Origin: Candidatus Woesebacteria bacterium GW2011_GWF1_31_35
Lineage (GTDB): Bacteria; Patescibacteriota; Microgenomatia; UBA8517
Direction: 5' to 3'
DNA length: 64,000 nucleotides
Assembly: GCA_001029755.1 (NCBI GenBank)
Contig: CP011214.1
Span: 493,767-557,766, forward strand
Shown here: piece by piece, positions 1 through 8,897 of the stretch
How the letters are laid out: every line of letters starts with the position of its first letter
Numbering within the stretch: position 1 is the stretch's first letter
Made by a program: the position numbers and the translations under genes
The notes under the pieces: model-generated
Databases searched by the model: none
Seen by the model: only the letters and a program-made list of their open reading frames with translations
Told to the model about the DNA's origin: nothing

Positions 1-716
1 GGGATAACTATTATCCTTTTAGAAAAACATCAGAAGTTTTAAATAATGCAGATATTACTTTTGCAAATTTAGAAAACCCTATTGTTAAAAATTGTCCTGG
101 AACTATTGGAGGTTTTAAATTTTGTACAAATTATGAAATTGCTAATGGTTTAACTTTTGCAGGTATAGATATCGTATCTTTAGCTAACAATCACTCTGGA
201 AATTATGGTTTAGAAGGATTAACTGAAACTAAAAAGTTTCTAAGTGATAATAATATTTCATATGTTGGGGATAGTAATTTAGCAATAAAAGAAGTTAATG
301 GAACTAAGTTTGGATTTTTAGGATTTGACTATACTTTGAAAAATAATTTAGATAATGATTTGAAATTAATTAAAGATTCAAAAGGAAAGGTAGATGTATT
401 AATAATTGGAGTTCATTGGGGTGATGAGTATAAAGACGAAGCAAATAGTTTACAAAGAACAATTGCTAAAAAAATGATAGAAGCAGGAGTTGATGTAATT
501 ATTGGAGGTCATCCTCATTGGATAGAGGATTATGAAGAAATAAATGGAAAATCTGTTTATTATTCACTAGGAAACTTCATCTTTGATCAGATGTGGAGTG
601 AGGAAACAAAAAAAGGTTTAGTTGTAAAATTGACTTTTGATAGGACTAATCTAGTCAAAAAAGAGGAATTTAATACCTATATAAAATCAATAGGACAACC
701 TGAAATAGTTGATTAA
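1..716 (+). CDS. CapA/PgsA-family metallophosphatase (poly-gamma-glutamate synthesis-like), 5' partial
   Basis: Reading frame is open from the window start; it contains the GGHPHW and YSLGNFIFDQ motifs typical of CapA metallophosphatases. Confidence 0.6.
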   Translation, partial: DNYYPFRKTSEVLNNADITFANLENPIVKNCPGTIGGFKFCTNYEIANGLTFAGIDIVSLANNHSGNYGLEGLTETKKFLSDNNISYVGDSNLAIKEVNGTKFGFLGFDYTLKNNLDNDLKLIKDSKGKVDVLIIGVHWGDEYKDEANSLQRTIAKKMIEAGVDVIIGGHPHWIEDYEEINGKSVYYSLGNFIFDQMWSEETKKGLVVKLTFDRTNLVKKEEFNTYIKSIGQPEIVD

Positions 717-736
717 AAAAACTTCAATTATATTAG

Positions 737-819
737 TGCCAAGGCTAGGATTCGAACCTAGGTAGCCTTACGGCAATTGCTCTACAGGCAATCGTGTTTG
801 ACCGCTCCACAACCTTGGC
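737..819 (-). tRNA. tRNA-Tyr (anticodon GTA) with long variable arm
   Basis: Reverse complement folds as GCCAAGG acceptor, anticodon loop CTGTAGA, long variable arm, T-arm GGTTCGAATCC; CCA not encoded. Confidence 0.8.
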
Positions 820-843
820 AAAAACAAACTAAATATTAATTTG

Positions 844-914
844 AGCCTTCCCTGGGAATCGGACCCGGGTCGACGGTTTACAAAACCGTTGCTCTACCAC
901 TGAGCTAGGAAGGC
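844..914 (-). tRNA. tRNA-Thr (anticodon TGT)
   Basis: Reverse complement gives acceptor GCCTTCC/GGAAGGC, D-arm AGCTCAGTGGTAGAGC, anticodon loop TTTGTAA; the T-arm (GGTCCGATTCC) is slightly off consensus. Confidence 0.7.
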
Positions 915-937
915 ATATTGGAATTATATCAGAAAAA

Positions 938-1084
938 CGGTCCTGCGGAAAAAGGATCTCGGTGAACTTCCTGGATAATTCCAGGTGGGTGGACTACCAA
1001 TTACTCCTAAGAGTAATTGAACGCGTCCTCCCGATTCAACGATTTAGTCAGGAAGATCTGACCTCAACCCTTATCAACAGGACC
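938..1084. ncRNA. Candidate structured ncRNA of unknown family (GC-rich island beside the tRNA pair)
   Basis: Local GC is clearly above the flanks. A closing helix pairs GGTCCTG with CAGGACC, and there are several internal perfect hairpins (CCTGGA-TAATT-CCAGG, AATTACTC-CTAA-GAGTAATT, GTCAGG-AAGA-TCTGAC). The 61-aa ORF here has no protein-like features. Confidence 0.3.
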
Positions 1085-1112
1085 ATGTATATTATATCAG
1101 CTGGGGTCAATG

Positions 1113-1742
1113 TCAAACCAGTGGCAACTGTGGGAGTAAGATTTTAAAAAAAAGATTTATTACAGGAGAGATTAGATTAGATATAAAAGATGATCCTCCA
1201 AATGAAGGAAGGATTAGAAGAAATAATATTATTATTCCAAACCTATTTAAAAAAGATTCAACTTCATATGCATATTTTTTAGGTAGGATTCCAATTAAAA
1301 CTTTTCCTCCGTCTAGGGGATGGATTGGAATTAAGTTAAAAATAGCGAGTGATACATTTAATATTACAAATGGAACAACAAAATTAACTAATAATGGAAA
1401 AAATCTTGCAATTAAAGATACTAACAATGCTAAAGTAAGGTTAGAAAGTGGTCCAGCAAGAGAAACAATTGCTGAATCTTTCCTTGGGTTTTTAAAATTA
1501 TAAGGGTCCACTGGAACAGGCTTTGCCCAACCAAATGGAATAACAGGAGCTCCCAGAGCTCTCATTATTGCAAGACCTAATAGAAGGGTAGTTCCTACTG
1601 GATCATAGTGAACCAGAGGGTTTAAAGAAAGTCTTCCTGAAAGTCTTGCTGTTGGATCCCCAAGTCTGTCAGCCATCCATGCATGAGATGCTTCATGAAT
1701 TGTAATTGCTACGACGAAAGCTAGTATCCAAATTATTATCAT
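1113..1742 (-). CDS. Site-2 protease family zinc metalloprotease (peptidase M50B-like)
   Basis: HEASHAW HExxH motif, a polytopic membrane profile, and the downstream NLIPIHPLDGG (LDG) motif typical of M50. Confidence 0.7.
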   Translation of the reverse strand: MIIIWILAFVVAITIHEASHAWMADRLGDPTARLSGRLSLNPLVHYDPVGTTLLLGLAIMRALGAPVIPFGWAKPVPVDPYNFKNPRKDSAIVSLAGPLSNLTLALLVSLIARFFPLLVNFVVPFVILNVSLAIFNLIPIHPLDGGKVLIGILPKKYAYEVESFLNRFGIIILFLLILPSFGGSSFISNLISPVINLFFKILLPQLPLV

Positions 1743-1786
1743 GTTGATGAATATTTACTAAGATAGTATAATGCTTCCTTAGCTTT

Positions 1787-1984
1787 ATGTCATATTCTTG
1801 TGAGAATTGCTTTAAGAAAACTAGTTTTGGGTCTTCACAAACCCATGGACGTGGTGTTGCTGGAAAAAGATGGAAGAAAAGAGCACAGGAAACAAAAAGA
1901 ACTTTTAAACCCAATCTTCAGATGTATCATGGCATGAAGCTTTGTGCTACATGTATTAAAAAACTTAAAAATACTAAATCTTAA
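1787..1984 (+). CDS. rpmB: 50S ribosomal protein L28
   Basis: 65-aa basic protein with the pattern CxxC...SQTHGRG...KRTFKPNLQ...CxxC, matching Zn-ribbon type L28. Confidence 0.7.
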   Translation: MSYSCENCFKKTSFGSSQTHGRGVAGKRWKKRAQETKRTFKPNLQMYHGMKLCATCIKKLKNTKS

Positions 1985-1987
1985 AAT

Positions 1988-2809
1988 TTAAAAAGTAAAA
2001 TCTTTAGAATATGCGCTTTTAAATTGATTCCAAGAAACAGGACCCTTTCCTTCAAGCTGCACTTCATCTAAAATCAAATTTTTCTCTTCCATGTGACAGC
2101 TTAATATTTTTAATCTTTTACCATTTGAAAGTTTTGTCCAAATTCCTGGCCATGGAAAGTATGCTTTTGACTTTCTCATAATTTTTTCTGGATCATCTTT
2201 TTTAAGATCAATAAATCCATCATCCTTTTTTATAAGTTTTGTATATGTAGCAAGACTTTCATCTTGTTTTTTTAAAGTAATTTTTTCTTTTTCATATGCA
2301 GGGAGAAGTTCTAGCAAAGAGTCACTTGATCTTTCAAAAAGTCTTTGTCTTACTGAATTTAGTGTGTCATCTGGGAGTAGCTCATCTTTAAATTGAGTAA
2401 CAATTGGACCATGATCCATTTTGCTATCAAGTTTAATTATTGTTACCCCGATTTTTTCTGGTTCTTCAATTATATTTTCTTGTATTGGGGAAGCGCCTCT
2501 AAATTTAGGTAAAAGAGAAGGATGAATATTTAAAATTCCAAATTTGAAACTATTTAAGGTAGATTCAGGAATAATTTTTCCATAGGCTACCAAAATTCCA
2601 AGATCAGCCTTAGGAAGTTTTTCAAAATTAAAATGTATTGGAATATGCTTTTTGTGAGCCCAGTTATCAACTGCAGAATATGTTAATATTTTTTCTCTAC
2701 CAACAGGTTTTGGAGATTGGGTTACAACTGCGACAATTTCATAATATTTATATATTTTTTCTAAAACTGGTAAACAATAATCAGGTGTTCCAAAAAATAT
2801 AATTTTCAT
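1988..2809 (-). CDS. fmt: Methionyl-tRNA formyltransferase
   Basis: N-terminus MKIIFFGTP and ILNIHPSLLPKFRGASPIQ formyltransferase core; lies next to def. Confidence 0.9.
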   Translation of the reverse strand: MKIIFFGTPDYCLPVLEKIYKYYEIVAVVTQSPKPVGREKILTYSAVDNWAHKKHIPIHFNFEKLPKADLGILVAYGKIIPESTLNSFKFGILNIHPSLLPKFRGASPIQENIIEEPEKIGVTIIKLDSKMDHGPIVTQFKDELLPDDTLNSVRQRLFERSSDSLLELLPAYEKEKITLKKQDESLATYTKLIKKDDGFIDLKKDDPEKIMRKSKAYFPWPGIWTKLSNGKRLKILSCHMEEKNLILDEVQLEGKGPVSWNQFKSAYSKDFTF

Positions 2810-2813
2810 TTTT

Positions 2814-3359
2814 TTAAATTTCTACTTCTTCCCATTCATCAGTTTCAGAGAGTTTAAAAAGTTTTTTATTTTGTTCCAAAAGATGATCTATAAATAAAAT
2901 TCCATTTAAATGATCAATTTCATGCAAAATTATTTGAGCATTAAAACCTTTAAATTCTTCAACAACTTCACATCCATCCTCATTTAAGTATTTGATTTTT
3001 ACCAGCCCTTCTCTTTTTAAAGGTCCGTAATAATAGGGAAGTGAAAGACATCCTTCTAATATTTCAGGTTTTTTAGATTGTTTTTTGATATCATCTTTAG
3101 AAACACTAAGTCTTGGCTCAATTTTTATTATTTCAGGATTAATTACTACCCTTTTTAAGTTTTTATATCCTACTACAAAAATTCTTAAATTCTTTCCAAT
3201 TTGTGGTGCAGCCAGACCAACTCCTTCAGGATCAATTTGAACTGATAGAGTATCTTTTAAATCTTTAATTATTGCTTTTATTTTTTTATCAATTTGGGTG
3301 ACAGGCTTACAAGTAAGTCTTAACAAAGGATCTCCAGACTGGACTATTTTTTGTATCAT
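2814..3359 (-). CDS. def: Peptide deformylase
   Basis: All three PDF motifs are present: GVGLAAPQIG, EGCLSLP, HEIDHLNG. Confidence 0.9.
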   Translation of the reverse strand: MIQKIVQSGDPLLRLTCKPVTQIDKKIKAIIKDLKDTLSVQIDPEGVGLAAPQIGKNLRIFVVGYKNLKRVVINPEIIKIEPRLSVSKDDIKKQSKKPEILEGCLSLPYYYGPLKREGLVKIKYLNEDGCEVVEEFKGFNAQIILHEIDHLNGILFIDHLLEQNKKLFKLSETDEWEEVEI

Positions 3360-3365
3360 TAGAAG

Positions 3366-5429
3366 CTAATTATACATTTTTTTTGTCGCTTCGTCGTCTG
3401 GAGCAATTTTTTCTAAAATATATTTAAAATTTTCGTTAGCTTTACTAGTTTCTCCAATATCTTTATAGAGAGATCCTAATACAAACCTTGCATCTCTATA
3501 GTTAGGTTTAATCTGAACTGCTTTTTCAAAATTTAAAATTGCATCTTCTAGTTTATTTAGTTTTATTTCCAAAAGTCCCAATTGATAGTAAAGTTTGGGA
3601 TCATTTGGAGAAATTATAATTGCCAATTTAACTGTATCTTCTGCATTAGTAAGATAGTTACTATTAAAACTTGTAAGTTTGATATAAATTGTTGATTGAG
3701 TTTTTCTAAGATTTACATTATTTTTAGTTAAATTAACAGCCTTTTCTGATTCATAGGTTGCAAGTTTTGCAAATTCCAAACCTTTGTCATTTTCATTATT
3801 ATTCGCAAGTAAAACCGCTATATCAGAATTAGATATTGCAGATTCATTCCAAAAAATTGCTTCTTTAGGAGAAATTTTCAAAGCCTTGGTAATTTCTTCT
3901 CTTGCTTTAACTGGATTATCTGACCTATTAAAAAGACGAGCTTTGTTGTAATAAATATCTGCTATAAAATAGCGTGAAATTTCATATAAAAATATAATGG
4001 CAATAATTGTTGAAATTAAAATATAAATTTTTTGTTTATTATCTAAATTATTTAATATTAGTTTTTCTTTCTTTTCGCCCTCTAATTTATTGGTTAAAGT
4101 TATTGCTGGAAGTAAGAAGAAAAGGAGAGATGTGGAAACTACAGAAAAGCCAAAAAAATTAGTTATTAGAATGCTTAGAAATCCGGCCAAAAGGGAAATA
4201 CCAAACGTACTTTTGTTTTGAAAAAGTTGATAAACAATAAATCCAATTAAAGTTAGATAACTAATAAATCCCAACGTTCCTGTTGTTGCTAGATAATTTA
4301 AATATTCATTGTGTGCCTTGTTATATATAAAATCCCACTCAGTAGTTAAATTATGTTCAAGTGGTTTAAACATAGGGTAAGCAAAGGCAAATGTTTCAGG
4401 ACCTGTGCCTAAAATTGGATAATTTGTCCAAATTTTAACCGCTCCTTGCCAAACAATTTTACGTATTGTTCCTGACTCAGTTCCACCACTTTCTAAAGCG
4501 GGGCCTGTAGAAGTATTTTCAGTTTTAGATTTTTTAAATTCACTAAATTTAAAAATTGAAGAATTCCAAGGCGTTCCAATTATTGAAATTAGTATTACAA
4601 ATATTATATTAAAAATAACTAATTTTTTAATAAATTCTTTTTTAAATTTAAATAAAATTAATCCACAAAAAATTAAGTCAGCAATAGCAAAACCTAGTAA
4701 TCCAGAACGAGATTTAGTAAAGAGTAATGTGACAAAAAGAATAATTGATAAAAAGTAAAAGAAAAATAGTTTATTTACTTTTATATTGTCTCCCTTTTTG
4801 ATTAAGGTAAATCCAAAAAGAATTGGAATAAGAGTAACAATAGTTGCTGCTAACCAATTAGGTTGCCCAAAAGTTGAATAAACTCTATTTTGTACATCTT
4901 GCACCCAACATGAATTATTCCAACCAACCCCCATTAATCCACAGGTTGTGCTAAATCCAAAATGTTCTAAAATTGCTAAAAATGAAGCTATTCCTGTTGA
5001 AATTAAAAAAAATATAATTGATTTTTTAGTCATTTCTCCATCCATATTGGATACATAGCCCCAGTAAAGTAGAACATAACTAACAATAGAAAATAATCCT
5101 CCATTAAAACGGGAATAATATCCAAAAATAGAAGTTCTAAAATCTAGTGAAAAAATACTGCTTAGTACTAAAATAACTAAGAAAATGATTAGTGGCCAAT
5201 CTAATATTGTACGACGAAAGATAATTTTTTTGGCTACTATAGATTTTACTGCCCAAACTGTTGTTATTAGAATTGTAAAAATATAAAGGGTTATAATCTT
5301 GTTAAATTCAAATAGTTCAGAAGTTGTTTTAAAAAATATTAAAGGAATTAAAAAAAGTAAAATGTTAAAAAGAATTGATATCATTAGTACTTGATTAGTA
5401 TAGCTTATACTGCTATACAAAAAAAGCAT
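3366..5429 (-). CDS. Polytopic membrane protein, O-antigen ligase (Wzy_C)-like with C-terminal TPR repeats
   Basis: About ten predicted TM segments are followed by TPR-like repeats (YYNKARLFNRSDN..., YYQLGLLEIKLNKLEDAILNFEKAVQIKPNY); this architecture is common in CPR. Confidence 0.5.
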   Translation of the reverse strand: MLFLYSSISYTNQVLMISILFNILLFLIPLIFFKTTSELFEFNKIITLYIFTILITTVWAVKSIVAKKIIFRRTILDWPLIIFLVILVLSSIFSLDFRTSIFGYYSRFNGGLFSIVSYVLLYWGYVSNMDGEMTKKSIIFFLISTGIASFLAILEHFGFSTTCGLMGVGWNNSCWVQDVQNRVYSTFGQPNWLAATIVTLIPILFGFTLIKKGDNIKVNKLFFFYFLSIILFVTLLFTKSRSGLLGFAIADLIFCGLILFKFKKEFIKKLVIFNIIFVILISIIGTPWNSSIFKFSEFKKSKTENTSTGPALESGGTESGTIRKIVWQGAVKIWTNYPILGTGPETFAFAYPMFKPLEHNLTTEWDFIYNKAHNEYLNYLATTGTLGFISYLTLIGFIVYQLFQNKSTFGISLLAGFLSILITNFFGFSVVSTSLLFFLLPAITLTNKLEGEKKEKLILNNLDNKQKIYILISTIIAIIFLYEISRYFIADIYYNKARLFNRSDNPVKAREEITKALKISPKEAIFWNESAISNSDIAVLLANNNENDKGLEFAKLATYESEKAVNLTKNNVNLRKTQSTIYIKLTSFNSNYLTNAEDTVKLAIIISPNDPKLYYQLGLLEIKLNKLEDAILNFEKAVQIKPNYRDARFVLGSLYKDIGETSKANENFKYILEKIAPDDEATKKMYN

Positions 5430-6533
5430 AAAATGAATTTTAAAAGGATCAAATTTATTCGAATTAAAAATTCTGTTAAAAGGTTTAATCCATTAAACTT
5501 TATCTTGGGTTTTTTCTCATCTGATTTAGGGATTGATCTTGGGACTTCAAATACTTTAGTTTATATAAAAAATAAAGGTGTTGTAATTAGAGAACCGTCA
5601 GCTGTTGCAAGGCACAAAAAAACCAAAGAAATTTTAGCAATTGGCCTTTCGGCTAAAAAAATGTTGGGAAGAGCTCCTTCTACAATTGAGGTTATTCGAC
5701 CATTAAAAAACGGTGTTATCGCTGATTTTGATGCAGCTTCCTCAATTTTGACCTATTATATTAAAAAAGTACATGAAACAGGTGGAACAATTCCAAAAAT
5801 TCCAAGACCACATGTTGTAGTTGGAATTCCATCTGGAGTTACTGAAGTCGAAAGAAGGGCTGTAGCTGATGCCGTTCGTGATTCGGGGGCAAGAAGAGTA
5901 GATTTAGTAGAAGAACCTATGGCTGCAGCAATAGGAGCTGGCTTACCAGTAGAATCACCTGAAGGATGTTTTATTGTTGATATTGGAGGAGGTACATCAG
6001 AAATTGCAGTAATTTCTTTGGGTGGAATTGTTTTAGGAAGATCATTAAGGGTTGCAGGAGATGAAATGGATGAAGCGATTGTAAATTATGTTAAGTTAAA
6101 ATATTCACTTTTATTAGGTCAGCCATCTGCAGAAGCTGTAAAAATTGCAATTGCATCGGCCGTTAATTTTGAAAAACCAAAAAATTATGTAGTAAGAGGA
6201 AGAGATTTAGAAACAGGACTTCCTAGATCTGTCAAATTGACTGATGATGAGATAAGAGAGGCGTTAGGCTCTACTATTCAAGAAATAATTGCTGGAATTT
6301 CAGATACATTAGAGGAAACTCCTCCAGAACTTATTTCAGATATTATGGAACGAGGAATATATTTAGCGGGTGGAGGATCTTTAATCTATGGAATTGATAA
6401 GGCAATTTCAGAAGCTACCAAAATGCCAGTATTTTTAGCAGAGGATCCTTTAACTTGTGTTGCTAGAGGTTGTGGAAAACTTTTGGAAAATCCCCTAATG
6501 CTTAATAGGCTTAAAATTACAAAAGGGTTGTAG
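5391..6533 (+). CDS. mreB: Rod shape-determining protein MreB (actin homolog)
   Basis: DLGTSNTLVY phosphate-1 motif, the ...DIGGGTSEIAV segment and an actin-fold pattern; the true start is probably the internal Met at 5433. Confidence 0.85.
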   Translation: MISIAYTAIQKKHKMNFKRIKFIRIKNSVKRFNPLNFILGFFSSDLGIDLGTSNTLVYIKNKGVVIREPSAVARHKKTKEILAIGLSAKKMLGRAPSTIEVIRPLKNGVIADFDAASSILTYYIKKVHETGGTIPKIPRPHVVVGIPSGVTEVERRAVADAVRDSGARRVDLVEEPMAAAIGAGLPVESPEGCFIVDIGGGTSEIAVISLGGIVLGRSLRVAGDEMDEAIVNYVKLKYSLLLGQPSAEAVKIAIASAVNFEKPKNYVVRGRDLETGLPRSVKLTDDEIREALGSTIQEIIAGISDTLEETPPELISDIMERGIYLAGGGSLIYGIDKAISEATKMPVFLAEDPLTCVARGCGKLLENPLMLNRLKITKGL

Positions 6534-6547
6534 TGAAATAATATTAT

Positions 6548-6808
6548 TTAAGACTTTTTTAATTGATCTGAAATCGTCATAAGTGTATAAAATATTTCAC
6601 GAGATATAGGATCAGATTTGGTTCGAGTTAAATTAGTTACTTCTCCTGGACGAACCTTTAGTATTTTTGAAACACGATTACATAGACTGAGATTTTCAGC
6701 TAACTTACATCTATCAACATCAAATTTCATTGATTTTCCTTCAATATTTGTGATTATTTCGACCATTTTCTTAAGTATTAATATACTCCTTTTAATTTTA
6801 AAAATCAA
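6548..6808 (-). CDS. Hypothetical small protein
   Basis: 86-aa ORF in an otherwise empty intergenic slot; no recognisable motif. Confidence 0.3.
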   Translation of the reverse strand: MIFKIKRSILILKKMVEIITNIEGKSMKFDVDRCKLAENLSLCNRVSKILKVRPGEVTNLTRTKSDPISREIFYTLMTISDQLKKS

Positions 6809-6837
6809 ACCATATATTTTTTTGATATCATTGATTT

Positions 6838-8322
6838 ATGCAAACACTTTCTAACAAGAAAAATGACAGCTGGCTTAGTTGGTTTTTGAGAGGGGTTTTG
6901 ATTTTGGGAAGCTTGGTTTTAATTGCAAGACTTTTTGAACTTCAGATAATTAAAGGAAATTATTACAGAAATTTATCAGAAGGAAATAGAATTACAAGGG
7001 TGAAAATTGTAGCAACAAGAGGGAAAATTTTAGCAAGAGGTGGGGAAATTTTAGAAGGTTCTGATTTTTCTCATTTGACTGGATATTTAGCTGAAACTAA
7101 TGAAGATGAAGTAGGTAAAATTGATCCAGCTTGTATTGAAAAAGGTCCAAAAAAATTAGGTCAATTGGTGGGTCGTGGTGGTTTACAAGAATATTATAAT
7201 TGTAGTTTAAGTGGTGTCGATGGAGAAGAATTAATTGAGGTTGATAGTTTGGGAGTAAAATTAAGATCTTTAGGAATTAGAGAACCTATTGCTGGGCTAG
7301 ATTTAAAAACAAATATTGATTTTGGTCTTCAAAAAGAAATTGCAAAAGATTTTGATGGAAACCCAGGAGCAGTAGTTGCAACTGATAAGAATGGAGAAGT
7401 GTTGGCACTCTTTTCTTCCCCATCATTTGATCCTAGTGATGTCGCTAAAAGTTTAAATGATTCTAAATTACCACTTTTTAATAGAAGTATTGGTGGACTT
7501 TTCCATCCTGGTTCTATATTTAAACCTTTAGTTGCAATTGTAGCTTTAGAAGAAGGAGAAATTGACAAAAATTATAAATTTAATGATACAGGTGTAATTA
7601 CTGTTAATACTTTATATGGTAATTATTCTTACTCTAATTGGTATTTTACTCAATATGGTGGAAAAGAAGGAGAAATTGACTTAACAAAAGCACTAGCTCG
7701 ATCAACTGATACTTTTTTCTATACAATTGGAGAATTAACAGGAATTGATAATTTAGTTGAATGGATGAAAAAATTTGGACTTACCAAATTAACTGATATT
7801 GATATTCCTGGAGAAATTTTATCTTTGATTCCTTCACCTGATTGGAAATTAAAAGTAAAAAATGAAAAATGGTTTTTAGGAAATACTTATCATTTTTCAA
7901 TAGGTCAAGGGGATTTGGCTCTAACTCCTGTGGGGATTCATAGGGCAAATTTGGTAGTAACTTCAGGAGGCAAACTCTGTTCATTAAAAATTGTAGGAAA
8001 CACCGTTTGTCAGAAATTAAAAATAAAGATAGATAATATAAATTTAATTAAAAGTGGAATGAAAAAAGCTTGTAGTACAGGTGGGACAGGATATACATTT
8101 TTCGACTTTCAGGAAAAATATGAAGGTATTGATGTTGCTTGTAAAACTGGAACTGCTGAAACAAATGATGATGGTAAAACCCACGCTTGGTTTACAGCCT
8201 TTGCTCCAGTTGATAATCCCGAAATAATGTTAACAGTAATGGTTGAAGGAGGGGGAGAAGGAAGCAAGGTAGCAGGACCAATTGCACGAAAGATAATTGA
8301 TTATTATTTTGTCAATAAATAA
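6838..8322 (+). CDS. mrdA: Penicillin-binding protein 2 / peptidoglycan D,D-transpeptidase
   Basis: N-terminal TM anchor, SxxK (SIFK) and KTG (CKTGTAE) transpeptidase motifs; lies downstream of mreB. Confidence 0.85.
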   Translation: MQTLSNKKNDSWLSWFLRGVLILGSLVLIARLFELQIIKGNYYRNLSEGNRITRVKIVATRGKILARGGEILEGSDFSHLTGYLAETNEDEVGKIDPACIEKGPKKLGQLVGRGGLQEYYNCSLSGVDGEELIEVDSLGVKLRSLGIREPIAGLDLKTNIDFGLQKEIAKDFDGNPGAVVATDKNGEVLALFSSPSFDPSDVAKSLNDSKLPLFNRSIGGLFHPGSIFKPLVAIVALEEGEIDKNYKFNDTGVITVNTLYGNYSYSNWYFTQYGGKEGEIDLTKALARSTDTFFYTIGELTGIDNLVEWMKKFGLTKLTDIDIPGEILSLIPSPDWKLKVKNEKWFLGNTYHFSIGQGDLALTPVGIHRANLVVTSGGKLCSLKIVGNTVCQKLKIKIDNINLIKSGMKKACSTGGTGYTFFDFQEKYEGIDVACKTGTAETNDDGKTHAWFTAFAPVDNPEIMLTVMVEGGGEGSKVAGPIARKIIDYYFVNK

Positions 8323-8324
8323 AA

Positions 8325-8897
8325 ATGGAAGATTTATTTGTATTGGGAAAATTATTACCAACTGATAAAAGAGCCGTTGCTGTTGTCGGATCAAGAAAAA
8401 TGACCCCAAGGGGAATGGAATTAACTAAAAAATATGTTAAGGAATTAGTTAAGGAAAAAATAACTATAGTTTCAGGATTGGCCAGGGGAATTGATACAAT
8501 AGCACATATTACTGCATTGGAAAATGGAGGCAGAACTATAGCGGTTTTGGGATCAGGTTTAGATATTATTTATCCTCCAGAAAATAAAGAGTTGGCTGAA
8601 AGAATAACTAAATCTGGATGTTTAATTTCAGGATTTCCATACGATACTAAACCTGAAGGGAAAAACTTTTTAGCAAGAAACAGAATTATTGTAAAACTAT
8701 CTCTTGCAGTTTTGGTTATTGAAGGACTTCGAAGAAGTGGTACATTATCAACCGCCAGCCATGCTGGTAATGATGGAGTTGAAGTATTTGCAATTCCTGG
8801 TTCTGAAGCTTGTGACTACCTAATTGATAATGGAGCGACTGTTGCTAATAGTCCTAAAGATGTAATAAAGTATTTAAAACAAATAGAAAGTATTTAA
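8325..8897 (+). CDS. dprA: DNA-processing protein DprA/Smf (Rossmann-fold domain only)
   Basis: VVGSRKMTPRGMEL...VSGLARGIDTIAH...GSGLDIIYPPEN pattern of DprA. Confidence 0.8.
   Translation: MEDLFVLGKLLPTDKRAVAVVGSRKMTPRGMELTKKYVKELVKEKITIVSGLARGIDTIAHITALENGGRTIAVLGSGLDIIYPPENKELAERITKSGCLISGFPYDTKPEGKNFLARNRIIVKLSLAVLVIEGLRRSGTLSTASHAGNDGVEVFAIPGSEACDYLIDNGATVANSPKDVIKYLKQIESI

Noticed and set aside
938-1084. Identification of the structured segment as bacterial SRP (4.5S) RNA
   Set aside because: The conserved domain IV GGAA tetraloop and AGCAGC strand are absent on either strand. It is left as an unknown family.
962-1147. 61-aa ORF in the GC-rich segment next to the tRNAs
   Set aside because: The composition and nested hairpins look like structured RNA. 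The peptide has no start context or protein-like features and overlaps the 3' end of the M50 protease gene.
1693-1914. 73-aa minus-strand ORF overlapping rpmB
   Set aside because: The plus-strand frame encodes a recognisable L28 with paired CxxC motifs. The minus-strand frame has no features.
7329-7568. Antisense ORFs of 60-130 aa inside mrdA, topA, rpsB, tsf, frr, dnaX, proS and others (for example 7329-7568, 9226-9547, 10295-10693, 18156-18350, 23845-24111)
   Set aside because: They are fully embedded in confidently identified genes on the opposite strand, have low-complexity Ser/Phe/Leu-rich translations typical of AT-rich antisense frames, and have no start signals.
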